This document shows positions 37,894-50,262 of a stretch of DNA of 64,000 nucleotides, one piece after another. Both the position numbers and the translations under genes were made by a program. Below the pieces are notes generated by a model. The model was not told the origin of the DNA, made no database searches, and worked only from the letters and a program-made list of their open reading frames with translations. Numbering within the stretch: the stretch's first letter is position 1; every line of letters begins with the position of its first letter. The DNA is taken from the NCBI GenBank assembly GCA_010093995.1, contig ML992517.1, positions 138,677 to 202,676 on the forward strand, given 5' to 3'. This DNA comes from Elsinoe ampelina (lineage: Eukaryota).

Positions 37894-38329
37894 GATGGGC
37901 AAAGGAGCTATAATTCGAGTAATGGCATGGAAGATCTCGGGGGTAATGAAGCGTGTAGCGAAGGAGCTTCCAAGGGCTCGCGTGATTGAAGCTATGTCTG
38001 CTGATTTGGATTGGTGTCGTAGCACAAGAGCTCCACGTTGAAGTGAATCGTTTCGGACAGGCTTGTGAATGTTAGAACGAGATGAGAAGGTCTGTTCGAA
38101 TTGTAGAATCGCTCGAATGTAAAAATGGTCAAAGAATTGAAAATCTCGAATCGCTAAATAACAGCAAGCTGTTGGGGTTGACCAGAGGAAAGTGCGATGC
38201 AAGGAGGTGGAGGTGGTGGAGGTGAGGTCAAAGCGCCCCCCGCTGCCGGGGCACCCCCCCCTCCGCTTGTATACTGGGGTTCACACTACTCCTCCGTCTC
38301 TAATCAATATACTTCACCCACCGGTCAGC

Positions 38330-38791
38330 ATGTTCGAGGCAAGTCTCTACGCGGTCTTTCTAAGATTCGACTGACAAGCGCACTAGTCTCGCCACCCGGC
38401 TGACCGCTATCGGTTGCGAATGCACAGGGCAAGATCTGTCGTTCTTTCCGGTCCCGAACTTGTCGAAATCAGAGCTGCTCAGCGGACGTTTGAAGGCGCA
38501 TACGTCCGCACGTCGATCGGCCAGTTCTCATTTGCATTGATCGTGCTGAAGATTTTCACCTCCGAGTTCTACTCAATTGGAGCCCTCTTTGCTGTATACG
38601 GCGCCGGCGTGCTCGGGGTCAGTCTATACCGACGTATGGAAGGCAATCGCCAATTTTTCTCGGAGATCGGCGAGAACGGACTACAGAGGAAGCGGTTCAG
38701 GACGAGCGGCAACGTAGTGATCATATTGTCTGCTTTAAGTCTCGGCGCGTACTTGACACTCCTCATTTTGACCCTGAGGCTCGACACCTGA
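38330..38791 (+). CDS. DUF202-type small membrane protein
   Basis: EIRAAQRTFEGAYVRT plus three hydrophobic segments; exon 1 ATG TTC GAG and a GC-AG intron 38339-38386 join in frame. Confidence 0.8.
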
Positions 38792-39917
38792 TCGAACTTG
38801 CGGAATAGCAGACTCGGTAAACGAAGCGAACTTCAGACGCGCACATGCAGTCGCGTGCCGCTGTCCACAATACCAAAGCCACGCCGGTGTCCGAGCGAAG
38901 GGAGCATATTCTGGGCATTAGCAGACATCAATGAAACGCCAAGTATCGTTCGCACATACTGGCGCAGTTATATACTGTAGCTCGCATGCTCAGCTGTCAA
39001 GATGGCTTGTCCCCAGCCTGGGCAGAGGCGGAGTAGTATCCGAGGAGTCTGCGTGGGGGCACCACAACCCCCAGAGGACGGCGATATCTGGCTGCGAATA
39101 GCAGGAGCTCACTCAACCACAATTCTTGTTGATATCAGGCAAAACGGCTGTACAGGATGGTGGTTCGATACCCCTGGTTTGGGACAGGCACATGAGCTCC
39201 AGGGCAAATCTGGCATGCTCGCGACGCTCGCGTGGGACTTAAGGCTCATCTGATTGGCTCGGCGACGTGTAGGCCAGGCTTGGGGATCTTGAGTTAGCAT
39301 TGCGAATGCATTCTTGCGACGTGGTGATCACATGTGAGCAAGTATAGATACTTTGAGACGTCGTCTCCCTCTCGAGGCGCTGTCGTCTTTGTTTCGTGAC
39401 AGGGACACTCCGCAAGCCGATATCGCACAGCCCTAATTTTGATTCATACAGCATATAATTAGCCAACCCTCCAGAGACACGCAAGTGTGACTCAGATCGA
39501 TCATTTCGAAAAAGATTCATTCCCTCTCATCACGCGCCTAAACATTATACATCATCGTTCACTGACCTGGACCGCAGAAGTCTCGGTCCACGCTCACAGT
39601 GGCATCACCCCTCGGACCCCTTCAATTTTAAAGAACCCCGACACTGGTACGGAGTAGGTAGTCTCAGAAATCATTTGGATCTTTCGACTTTTCGCCCAGC
39701 TTTTACTGCACACGCTCTACACGTGGGAGTACTTTTCAGGCCGTAAAACGCTCTCGCCTTGCCCTGAAACGTTCCTCGACAAAAAACTACGTCCCAACAT
39801 TCCTGCTGAGCGGCTCGACTTTTCGGGTTAATGCCTCTGCTATGCTCTACTTACCCAGCTGAGCGACGCCAGAGCAGGCAGAGCGAGATTGCCAAGCTAG
39901 CTATATTGACGAGAGCC

Positions 39918-41996
39918 ATGGAGCACTCGTCGGTGAAAGAGTTGAAGGACACACTTGGGAGGACCTTGCCGAATGGAACTACCAGCTCTCCTCAACCAGA
40001 ACAGGGAGAGTTCAAGAAGCCTCCTACTGCCACTGCTGATCATGGACCGATTCACGCGCTATCACATCCCACACCCAGGTCGTCATCTCTCTCACAGGCC
40101 ATGAATGACACGCCGGCGACCACTGCGCCTAATAGTCCTAGATTTCTCCCGAAGCGCCAGAACTCCGGATCGAATACGCCGAGAATACGACCTACGACAC
40201 TGGACATCCCTGGACTCACCAAATCAAAGGTGTCGCCGGATGGAAGGATTGCTTCAAGAGATGTGGGATCAAAGTTGGTCATCGTTATGGTTGGTCTGCC
40301 TGCCCGTGGAAAGAGTTATATCACGAAAAAGCTGGCAAGATACCTGAACTGGTTGCAACATGATACCAAGATCTTCAACGTTGGTGAAAGGCGACGAGTG
40401 GCTGCTGGTGGGCCGTCGAGGACAGGTACACTGGATAAGAAGAGGGATAGCGCCGTCGACAACCCAGTCACTGCCATGACTCCCGGCGCTCTGCTCGCGC
40501 AGAAGCAAAGACAAAAGTCATTCCCTACGCCAGCAGCCATTATGCTCAATGGAGAGCATGCTCTGTCACCTCCTGGAACGCCTGTCGTCAATCCGCAAAA
40601 CCCTCTTCGAACACACTCGGATGAGGATGCGGAGTCTGCAGTCATTGACGAGCCCCATCAACTGCCGGAGACTGAGCAGCTGGATCAATCTGCTAGCTTC
40701 TTTGATCCAACCAACAAGAAGGCCGCCTTGATCCGTGAGCAGGTAGCCATGGAAACTTTGGACGAGTTGCTGGACTACATCCTAGATGGGAATGGGTCTG
40801 TTGGGATCCTGGATGCGACAAACTCGACTCTTGAAAGGAGGAAAGCGGTGACGAGGCGCATCAGGGAGCGAGCTGGCGAGGAGCTGAACGTGCTGTTCCT
40901 GGAGTCTCGGTGCATCAATGAGCATATTCTGGAGTCGAACATGCGCCTGAAGCTCTCTGGTCCGGACTACAAGGACAAGGATCCTGTCGCAGCACTCGAG
41001 GACTTCAAGAAGCGTGTCAAGCTTTACGAGAAGAGCTATATACCGCTAGGCGACTACGAGGAAGAGAATGACATGCCATACATCCAGATGATCGACGTCG
41101 GGCGAAAGATCATATCACACCAGATCAAAGGTTTCTTGATGGCGCAGGCCAACTACTACCTGCTCAACTTCAACCTGGCAGCACGACAGATCTGGATCAC
41201 AAGGCACGGTATGTCTGAAGACAACGTTTCTGGCAAGATTGGTGGGGATAGCGCCCTTGCTCCCGAAGGCCAGGCATATGCTCGATCTCTTGCCAAGTTC
41301 ATGGATGTCCAACGTAAGGAGTGGGAAGTCCGTCAGCACCACAAGCTGGTCCACTCACACTTTCCGCCTCAGCCTGGTGACACCACGCCGCCGATCCCAC
41401 ACTACACGGGCAACTCGCTGCAGCCTTTTTCACCCACGTCAAACCCAGGCGATGAGTCTCCCCCAGAACTTCCTCAGAAGCCCTTCTGTGTGTGGACAAG
41501 CATGCTGAAGCGGTCAATCCAGACTGCACAATACTTTGATGACGAGGAGTACGACATGAAGCAGATGCGCATGCTCGACGAGCTCAATGCCGGTATTATG
41601 GAGGGACTGACATACAACTCGATCGCCAAGACCTATCCCGACGAGTACAGGCTACGCAAGGCAGACAAGCTGCACTACCGCTACCCAGGTCCTGGAGGAG
41701 AAGGGTACTTGGACATCATCAACCGTCTTCGTCCTGTCATCGTCGAGCTGGAGCGAATGACTGATCACTGTCTTCTCGTAGGACACAGATCAGTGGCGAG
41801 AGTCCTGCTGGCGTACTTCAGAGGCTTGAAGAGGGAAGAGGTTGCCGACTTGGACGTGCCCATTGGCATCTTGTATTGCCTCGAGCCGAAGCCGTACGGT
41901 GTCGAGTTCAAGGCGTACAGGTGGGACAAGGAAAGGGAGTGGTTCTACGAAGAGCCGGGATTTAGTATGCGGAGGGATGAAAAGGACATGCAATGA
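39918..41996 (+). CDS. PFK26: 6-phosphofructo-2-kinase/fructose-2,6-bisphosphatase (Pfk26-like); alternative ATG at 39831
   Basis: MVGLPARGKSY Walker A, DATNST, phosphoglycerate-mutase-like RHG motif; intronless. Confidence 0.93.
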   Translation: MEHSSVKELKDTLGRTLPNGTTSSPQPEQGEFKKPPTATADHGPIHALSHPTPRSSSLSQAMNDTPATTAPNSPRFLPKRQNSGSNTPRIRPTTLDIPGLTKSKVSPDGRIASRDVGSKLVIVMVGLPARGKSYITKKLARYLNWLQHDTKIFNVGERRRVAAGGPSRTGTLDKKRDSAVDNPVTAMTPGALLAQKQRQKSFPTPAAIMLNGEHALSPPGTPVVNPQNPLRTHSDEDAESAVIDEPHQLPETEQLDQSASFFDPTNKKAALIREQVAMETLDELLDYILDGNGSVGILDATNSTLERRKAVTRRIRERAGEELNVLFLESRCINEHILESNMRLKLSGPDYKDKDPVAALEDFKKRVKLYEKSYIPLGDYEEENDMPYIQMIDVGRKIISHQIKGFLMAQANYYLLNFNLAARQIWITRHGMSEDNVSGKIGGDSALAPEGQAYARSLAKFMDVQRKEWEVRQHHKLVHSHFPPQPGDTTPPIPHYTGNSLQPFSPTSNPGDESPPELPQKPFCVWTSMLKRSIQTAQYFDDEEYDMKQMRMLDELNAGIMEGLTYNSIAKTYPDEYRLRKADKLHYRYPGPGGEGYLDIINRLRPVIVELERMTDHCLLVGHRSVARVLLAYFRGLKREEVADLDVPIGILYCLEPKPYGVEFKAYRWDKEREWFYEEPGFSMRRDEKDMQ

Positions 41997-42506
41997 GATC
42001 TTCGGTTCCGTTTCTCCTTGGTGGATACTCAAGGCGTTGCGGATGAGAGCTTGGGGGCGGATGATAGAGGACTGTACTACTATATTAGCTGGGCTGGCGG
42101 TATGCCCCTTAGACGACTTTTCTTTAGCAAGGTGTTGGCATGCTCGTTTTGAGCTGGGCATGGTAGCTGGTAGCTTTAGCTGGTAGCTTTGATGATGATT
42201 GTATGATGAATTCTGAGCCATTCATGATCATAAGCCGTGACTCATCTTTCCATCTACCACGTCTCACGGCAGCACGCAGTCATTCTATTAGTTGCAATCA
42301 CCCTCCGGTATTTGAGGAAATAATTACATAAATATGGGTAGCAGCTTTTGTTGTGTCCGTCGCCGAAGTTGAGGCGACCTCGACTTTGACGTCAGGGTGG
42401 AGCGGAGCATCTATCCTACCAGACGAAAAAAGCGCAGTCCTTAATCACTAGCACATTCCCTTTGTGAGGTACAGTACTCTGGATACTCAGCATCATTGTA
42501 GTGACC

Positions 42507-44676
42507 ATGTTCAAGAAGAAGCCACAGGTACGTGACCCGTCATCCCTTCCAAAGCTACCCTCGTTGCCAGCCCATGGTCCATCGCTTGCCACCGTGCCCA
42601 CACACGAAACCATCAGGCATTGCGGTCAGGAATCGTACATAGCTGAGACAACTACAGGTCAAGCCTTTGGCTCCTCTTCGATCTTCGGACCGCCGGAAGA
42701 TCGCAGATCAGATCATCTCGGACTATGCTCTGGAAGCGGCCTTGCCCGAATCAGCGTCTGATGAGGAGAAGGCTACCGCAACAACGAAGCATACGGAGCT
42801 GCGGAATGCCTTACTACCAGATAATGTGCAGACTGCAAGATTCACCACCACCCATGGACCGGAGTTGAAGAAGCTGTCTGGCACTGTCTATGTGGGCAAC
42901 CAACAGGGTCAGGATGCAAGGGTGCTCTGGTTCAAAGTCGAGGAGACGATGTATCCGACAGGTACCAACCATTATGTCTCTCCATGGTGTGAGGAGTGGC
43001 TGATCTGGTAGTGTACACACTATGGCAGAACCCCGGCATCGTTCCCCTGCTTCACACACCCGACATCGTGGTCAAGAAGCTCCAAGGCGGAGCTGACCTG
43101 ATGACTCCTGGTCTGGCAGGACCTCCGTTCCCGCCGAAAGCCACCAAAGGCGCTACAGTAGCTGTAGCATCGTTAGACATACCCTCTGTCCCTGTCACTG
43201 TGGGGACATGCTTGATTGATATCTCCTCTCTTCAGTCTGCTCGAGGAGCCAAGGGACATGCTGTGGAGACGATACACTGGGCGGGAGACGAGCTGTGGTC
43301 ATTCAGTACCGCTAACAAGCCTGGAAGACAGCAGCCCGATGAGATTCCCGAGTGGCTACAGAGTGGTGATGCCGATGCTTTAGCAGATTCGACTGCGGGG
43401 CTGGCGTTGGACGACGATGACGACGGTGGTGTTCGCCTAGTTGATACTTCGGCGCCTACGAAAGGTCAATCTTCCCCCGGACCGGCAGATACGGTTGCAA
43501 AGGGTGGTACTAGTGACGATGACCAGCCTGCTCGAGTGTGGACTACCAAAGGTGGTTCATCCCAGCCTCATCCCGAAAAGTTCTCGCTGACAAGTGCTAG
43601 AAATCGACAAGGCTTTTCACGACGCTTTTCTATTTGGTGTAGTCGAGCACGTACGGAGCAACTCAGGGGCAAAGAACTTTGGACTTGACTTTCCACTTTC
43701 ACAATCCTTTGTAACATCAGCGCTGATCACACCATTCTTACCCGCATTCTCTGCAGACGACAGCAAGCAGCTACAGATCAAGAACACCTCGTTCAAGAAT
43801 CTCAAGAAGTTCATCAAGTCGCTAGACAAGGCACAACTCATCAAGACCAAGGAGAAGCCGAACGAGGTGGTGATATTGGACATCGATTTCGAGGATCAAG
43901 CATTCAAGAACTTCAAGCCGTATCGATTGCCCAAGAAAGAGACCATTGGCAGTGCCTCACAAGGCAGAGGGACGACAGCGACCAGCACGCCCGATGTCTC
44001 CGACCCTTCTATCGGCCAAACACTTGCAATATCCACCTTCTACAAGCCTCCCGACCGCCTCTCACCACTGCTAGGCAACGACCGGCCCTCCAACGACCTC
44101 TACACCCCCTCCGACCTCAAATCCGCCATCACCACCTACATCGAGCCCGAATCCCTCATCTCCCCCACCAACAAACGCCTCATCACCCTCAACCCCATCC
44201 TCTCCCACGCCCTCTTCACCGGCACCCACCCCCTCGACAAAGAAGTCAACGCCAAAGGCACCGTCCCTCGCGACGCCCTCCTCGACCGCGTCCTCACCTC
44301 CTCCACCCCCTACTTCACCATCACCCGCACCACCCCCTCCGCCCCCTCCGCCGCAAAAGAAACCTCCAAACCCCGCGCCGGCGCCCCTCCGAAAGTCAAA
44401 ATCACCCTCGAAACCCGCAGCGGCAACAAGACGGTGACCAAAATCGCAGGCGTGGAGAAGTTCTGGATCAACCCGCATTTGCTCGCGGATGAGTTGCGCA
44501 AGACCTGCGCGGGGAGCACGAGTGTCGAGCCGCTTGTGGGGAGCAGTCCGAAGGAAGGGGCGATGGAGGTCATGGTGCAGGGGCCGCAGAGGGAGAGTGT
44601 GCTCAAGGCACTTGGGAGGAGGGGGGTGAGGGAGTTGTGGGTTGAGGTTGTGGATAAGGTTAAGAAGAAGAAGTAG
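42507..44676 (+). CDS. TMA64: Translation factor eIF2D/ligatin (PUA, SWIB, SUI1 domains)
   Basis: MFKKKPQ|VKPLAPLRSSDRRK, GADLMTPGL, C-terminal RSGNKTVTKI..VMVQGPQ; introns 42528-42657, 42962-43011 and 43552-43600 restore one frame. Confidence 0.92.
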
Positions 44677-44860
44677 TGGCTATGCGAACAGAAGGGGAGG
44701 ATGGGGAGGGACAGGGGAATGTGCCGGAGGCGGTGCAGAGGTTGGGGCAGATGGTATACAATACGCTACTCGTGGACCCTATGTACAATCGGTCGTGAAC
44801 CGTGGTGATCTTCCTCGACTTGTCCTCCCTGCTTTTGGCATCCAAGTTGTGGTTGGAGTG

Positions 44861-46230
44861 CTAGAACTCCCTCCCTCTTGGACCCCAGGGCCCGGCACCG
44901 AGCCCCTTTTCGACCTCGGCCTCTTCTACTCTCAGATCTACCTCCCTCCTGACCTGAACCTGTCCCAGTCCTATGCCCATGTCGCCCGTGTAGCCTCTTC
45001 CCCGGCCAATTTCAACCTCCCGAGATTTGCCGGTCTGACGACCGAGGATGTTCTCTTGGCTACTTTGCGAGGAGGCGTCGCCTATGATGTCCGTGATGGT
45101 GCCTTTCTTGTCTGGTCGGGACGAGGTGTTGGAAACTCCGTGGAGCCGAATGCCGCCTGAGGAGAGACCGGGAGGACGGCGTGCTCGGGATGATGAAGAG
45201 CCGTAGGTGGTTGCTTTGAGATGCTTGAGAAGGGGTGCTAGAGCTGGGATCGATGCGGTCATGATCTAAAAGGCCATCAGATTCGTGTGGATTTCAGGTG
45301 GTCGAGTGACCAAGACCGCTGTAGTGGACCCAGGCAGGATGAACTTACGCCTACGTTGATCTCCACCGTCGACCACAGCACAAAGTCGATGCTGTTGCCG
45401 GATTTGAGAATCTTGCCCACGGAGTAGGATCTCATGATCGAGCAGACAGTTGTGAAAGTCCCCAGACCGAAAGCCAGACTCAATCCGATCTGCTTCTTTT
45501 TGTTCATTTGTAGCCTCCAGAGAAGCGGAATGGGTAGCAGGAAGAGCATCAGGTCAATGCAGCAATTGATAATGCTGGTCCCGTAGTAGAAAGGTGCTAC
45601 GGGGAAGCACTTGCCAGCCAATGAAGTGTTCCATGACTTTGCGACTGGTGCGCAGGCGAAAAGAATGGCGAAGAAGTATGATATTCCGAAGCCTACCGTG
45701 ATGCCTGTTGCGACCCAGACGGCAATGCGATAGTCCTTGTATGTTGTGGTATGAATCATTCGCATATAGGCAGAGCAGAGCGAGAGCTTGAAGAAGGTTG
45801 TGGCGAAGATGTAGACGAATCTATAGCAAAATGTAAGTGCCTTCGCAAAATAATACTCGTTCATGACGCCATGACCCACCTGTTGACGAAATTATGTATG
45901 GTATAGATCGCGAGATTGGGCTTGGGTCGAAGTGCCAATGGCAGACTCAATCCCAGCCGGCTCTGGGTGAGGGTCAACGCCGAGTTGGTGAGCGCACATG
46001 CCTGATACCATGTCAGAGAGTGGGAGGAAGATGGATAATAGAAATTTTACAGCTGCGATCCATAATAGCCAGTCGTCCAGTCCTATAGCCTTGACCCATC
46101 TTATCCTCACCCATGCTCGAAGCGCTACAATGATGGTCATACACGACGAGCATGCTAGGCACACCCCGACGACCAGACGGTAATTCGAAACCCTATCGAG
46201 TTCGGGAGTTCCATTGATGGTCCATGTCAT
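44861..46230 (-). CDS. PTH11-like (fungal rhodopsin-domain) integral membrane protein, multi-exon
   Basis: LRAWVRI..GLDDWL, KLSL, FACAPVAKSW..GKC, DLML..LPIPLLWRLQM, WSTVEINVG|IMTASIPAL. Confidence 0.9.
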
Positions 46231-47374
46231 CTTGACTGAAATGGGGAAGGTTCATGAGTTGAGAAGAAGGAGTGAAAGGAAAGCGCCAGTAGGACCCCCA
46301 ACTGTGCCGAACCACTGTAGATATCCAGGGGAAGAGGCGAGGAGTCCATCTCGAGCATGCATGATGGTACTATGACCACCAACAATGATCACCGCCCATC
46401 CACCTACCTCGAAATGCAAGTGCCCAGCGACCTGCGGGAGACACTTTGACCGGTGCAATTTCTGTTGTGATGATCAAGCGATGTCCTGCAACACCCAAGG
46501 CATCCTGCGTGATTCGTGCCGCGTTACAGTCCGTGAGTCGTGCAGTGTTCGGCGGGCCTTTCCTTGCCTGAAGGAGCCGTGCGGGCGAACTGCAAGGGAG
46601 AGCGGCGGCACGCCTGATGTCTCGAGAGTGTTGTTGAGGTTGGCACGGCGTGGGAGGATTTGTCCAATGGCGGTGTGATGGCTGCTGCACGACCCTGCCG
46701 GTCAATCAAATTTGATCGCGTCGCGGGATAGGTCTCCCCGAAACTCAATTTCGGGGATCATTGCATTTCTGATGTCCCATGTGCGTGAAACGTCTTCGTG
46801 GTTGGATAGATGATACCGAGACGATCTGTGCTTACCATGCTGGCATGTGATGGCAGACATATGTAGGCGACGAGATCGTGCTGTCGAAATTGTGAGGACG
46901 TGGTTTGTGGCTTGCGGCTCCTCCCATTTCGTTTCCGGCGGAAAACGGGATCGTCCGCTGTTCCGCTCCTCCTCCTTCCCTTCTTCATGATCGGCGACGG
47001 CCAAGCTCTTCGCCCGGACATCGTCTTTGCACGACCATGTTGTTAGCGCTGTCTTTCCGACAGCTCGCCCCACTGATGCGACTCAGAATGTTGCTTCCGC
47101 CACTCCTGACACGAGCGACGGAGCGCCCGTGATTGCCAGGTCGAATTGCCCGAAACATGTCCTACCGCGCCGCATTCTTGATGGAGTTGGATTGTCGGCT
47201 TGCGCCATCTCATATAGTGAATGTGCCCTTGATTGGAATGCGCAAGCACATGCTCTCTTTGTGGTTTCGACCTCTATCCCTCTGCCTCAAATCCCCTCCC
47301 TTTTTGTCCTCCGCCTCCAGTCTTCAGTCCTTTCGGCGAGCTCCTACTCATCACTACAACCAACATCCGCCACC

Positions 47375-49001
47375 ATGGAGAAGGACACGACGACAATTGG
47401 ACAGTCGAGCGATGCGGGCTCGCCGTCACCATCAAAACAGGAGTTTGGGGGTATCCCGGAGACCAGCAAGGATCAGGCCTTTCAGTTCTTGACGACACAC
47501 CATGCTACCGAGGAAGAAGTGGCTGCCGTCGACCTGAAGCGCCTTCGACGGGTCATCGACTGGCATATCATCCCAATCATGCTTCTGGTGTACATCATAC
47601 AGTTCCTCGATAAGGTTCTATTGAACTACGCGGCTGTCATGGGCATATCTACCGATCTCAAGTTGAAGGGGAACAACTTCGCAGACGTCAATACTTACAC
47701 GTTCTTGAGTATCTTATTGGCGGAGTTCCCAACTGGTCTGTTCAAGTTTGTTGTACGTCACAGAAATTTCACTGACCACCAGCAGGTTTCATATTGAACA
47801 AGGTACCGGCTGGGAAGTGGCTCGGAATCAATACTGTCCTTTGGGGGGTATCTACCGCCGTTGTGGCTGCGACTAAAAACTACACTGGTCTCCTGATCTC
47901 CCGCATCTTCCTTGGTATCTTCGAAGCCGCTGTCGGACCCTGCTTAATCATCATCAGCAGTCAGTGGTACACTAAAAGTGAGCAGCCGGCGAGGTTCGGT
48001 CTATGGTATTGCGGTGTAGGAATAGGGCAGATACTGGGTTCTCTCTTTTCTTACGGATTTCAGCATGTTACCGGAGCTTCGCTGGCTTCATGGCGCATCA
48101 TGTTCATTGTACTCGGAGTTATCACCATCACTATCGGTGTTGCGGCCTACTTCATAATCCCGGACAGCCCAATGACAGCTAAGTGGATGAACGACGCCGA
48201 AAAGTCTGCTCTCCTGCAGCATATCTCAGTCAACATGACCGGAGTGGTCAACAAGCAGTTCAAGCCCTCTCAACTGGTCGATTTTCTCACTGACCCGCAA
48301 ATGTACCTGTTGACTTTGATGCTGCTGCTTGTAAGTTGCGCCCGCCATCAACATCATGTCTCTGCTAACCTCCGAAGCTCTCTGTAACTTCCGGTGTCGG
48401 GACCACCTTCTCAGCCACACTGCTCCGCAACGTCGGGTACAATGCGAAGCAGAGTGCAGTCCTCAACGCCCCATCTGGGGTCGTTTCAATCGTCGCCGTA
48501 CTGCTCGGATCTTTCGGTGTTCGCTACGCAAAGCATCGTTGGGCTTTCATCATCGCAGCAGCCATTCCTGCTGCTCTGTCGGGTGCCCTCATGTCATTCG
48601 TCAACACAAAAGCAGGGGTCCTTGCAGGAATCTGGCTCATCAACACGAATGTGGCGGTCATGCCGATCATCTATAGTTGGGTCGCTGCGAACATGGCTGG
48701 GCACACCAAGCGTCCGCTCGCAATGAGCACAATCGTTGGTGCTTTCTCCGTCGGGAACATCATCGGGCCGCAGACCTTCCAAGCTCGAGACGCACCTCAG
48801 TACCTGCCAGCCAAGATTACCGTGCTGGCTTGTGTCTGTGCTGGAGGATTTATGGCCTTCGTACTCATGTGCTACTACAAGTGGCAGAACTCTAGGCGTG
48901 ACAAGAAGCACGGCACAGGGGATGCTATGGTAGTGGGCGATGATGAGAAGTGGGCGAACTTGACGGACAGGGAGAACAAGTCTTTCCGCTATGTTACTTA
49001 G
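47375..49001 (+). CDS. MFS transporter, allantoate permease (Dal5)/ACS family
   Basis: IDWHIIP..QFLDK..NYAAVMG, RIFLGIFEA, WYTKSEQ..R, SWR, IPDSP, N.AGHTKR, GNIIGPQTF; introns ~47735-47784 and 48331-48377. Confidence 0.93.
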
Positions 49002-50262
49002 AGACTGTCGGCAAAGAAACTGTACAGAAGGACGGCGACTAGTCTATAGAGATCCAGCAAGCTTATTACCTCAAAAAATCTGTTTGTGAGCTGTACTCCG
49101 TGGACTGTGATGACTTTAGCTGTGCTCCATCGACTACACATTTAGAGCCGGCAATGGCAAATTCATCACAGCCGACATGCAATGCTAGTGTTATGCAGGG
49201 GAAATGAGATGCACGGCCTGGTAGTCTCCAAGTCCCACCTTTGACCCAGCGACGCAATTGATCGTACACAGCGACACGGCATCTGCACGGGAGAATAATA
49301 AGGCACATCCCACCACACCGGGGTAAACCCCTTCGACTAACTTATCATCCCACGCCGCCTCGCTTGCACCATTGCTTTTTGCACGCCCCCCCCCCAACTG
49401 CCGTGCTCGTCAATACCGACCCAGTGGTTGAAAAACATTTCGCTTCGACGCCAAACGGAAGGCCTGACGCCATTTGCTCCGACCTGCATAACCAACATTG
49501 CCATGGTGCAAGCTAATCGAAGCTTGAATTGTTGAGTGCAACGTAGACACGTGGGGAAAACCTGGCATGTCTGGCCTCATGTGAAATTGAGTGCTGTAAT
49601 TACAATCGTGACTGGTGAGGTCCCACTCCCGGCCTCGTCATTGGAAGGTCAATGCCACATGCCAATGCCTCTGTTTCTTTCAGAAATGTCACGGCAGGCG
49701 TTTTGGAGGCACTGCTGGAGCTTAGCAAGGCCTGTCAATAACGCAGCTATATACAGGTGCCGTGAAGTAGTTAATGTATCGGAAGCACATCGCTTGCATC
49801 TAATAATGTGCTGTCACAAAGAATGGTTGTCGATCGCTGCAGGCGGTGTCATTGGCGCATGGTCGTTACCTCGGCAATTGATTCTGTCCATCATCTTTCT
49901 CTCATCCATTTCGACCTCACAACCACCAACAAAGTTGATCGTTCATCACCATCAGGCCTGACTTATCTCCAAGTGCTCGAATGTGGGATTTGTCGAGCCT
50001 ACAGTATCTGCTATCAATTCATGCAATGTCATGGACTCCCACGGACATCCCACCGGCGGCAGTGACCCACTTCTCGCAACTCGAGCTATCGCCGCCGATC
50101 ATCAAATTAGCTGTGCCACCACGGGCTTGACGAGCTGAATAGTGGTACCAATCAGCTTCTCCATCTGTTGAGAAGAGATTTCATGACAGATGGAGCTGTT
50201 TTCCGTGTAAATTGTAGGTCCGATGCTTCCTGACACAGCTTGACAACGTGATACAGGCAAGC

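Noticed and set aside
38798..39830. Short ORFs in long intergenic regions (also 46250-47370, 49050-50250, 63380-64000)
   Set aside because: No recognisable domains or splice-supported structure; probably promoters/UTRs.
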